Shown: positions 63,741 through 64,000 of the stretch, in pieces
How positions within the stretch are numbered: position 1 is the stretch's first letter
How the letters are laid out: every line of letters begins with the position of its first letter
Assembly: GCF_018350175.1 (NCBI RefSeq)
Contig: NC_058368.1
Location: 138,076,001-138,140,000 of the forward strand
Reading direction: 5' to 3'
From: Felis catus
Lineage: Eukaryota
DNA: 64,000 nt
Program-made: the position numbers and the translations under genes
The notes under the pieces: generated by a model
What the model was told of the DNA's origin: nothing
Database searches by the model: none
What the model saw: the letters and a program-made list of their open reading frames with translations, nothing else

Positions 63741-64000
63741 GCAGACCAGGGCCCGGGTGCATCACCACCATGTTCTCCTGCCCTCATGATGTCACCGAGT
63801 GAAAATAAGGATGAAAGGAAAACAGTAAAATGGAGGCTTATATTTTGGGCGGAAGAAAAAGACTTGAAGGCAGGAAGGGCTAAGTACTATCAGAGAGGTT
63901 GACATGAGATGACTCGGAATTCAGAGGGTATATCCTGCCTTCAAGAGCTGCCTTACAGACTACATGGGGTCAGGTTGGGCAGAAGGGATCGGGGCAGAGT

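Larger units (their letters stand above)
16502..64000 (+). other. ARHGEF28: Large intron after the start-codon exon (probably intron 2, extending beyond the window)
   Basis: Donor at 16502. I did not find the expected next coding exon (GQMMIYAKF-like); the region is repeat-dominated. Confidence 0.7.

Overview
This is mammalian nuclear DNA from a felid, identified by abundant tRNA-derived CanSINEs of the SINEC_Fc type and cat-type L1 3' ends. The window is almost entirely intronic. The one coding exon I can support is a 44-nt + strand exon at 16458-16501. It carries the start codon and encodes MELSCSDVPLY, which I recognise as the N-terminus of ARHGEF28 (RGNEF; human MELSCSEAPLY). The flanks are therefore probably introns 1 and 2, and I saw neither the upstream exon nor the next coding exon. 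A disabled NDUFA4 (COXFA4) processed pseudogene lies on the - strand at about 44156-44668, inserted into an older L1. The rest is about 36 CanSINEs (26 antisense and 10 sense by my count), L1 fragments, L2/MIR, a MaLR LTR, DNA-transposon relics, microsatellites and small local duplications. I judge the ORF track to be repeat-derived or chance ORFs; it misses both real protein-derived segments. I found no convincing new biological system. The most curious observations are two independent L1 insertions sharing the same 5' boundary, an L1 with an internal 78-bp duplication around a 91-bp foreign insert, an overlapping uORF on the ARHGEF28 start exon, closely spaced inverted SINE pairs, and a triple AGTTCA DR3 array. 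Repeat family names come from recall of consensus sequences, not from a database search, and repeat boundaries are approximate.
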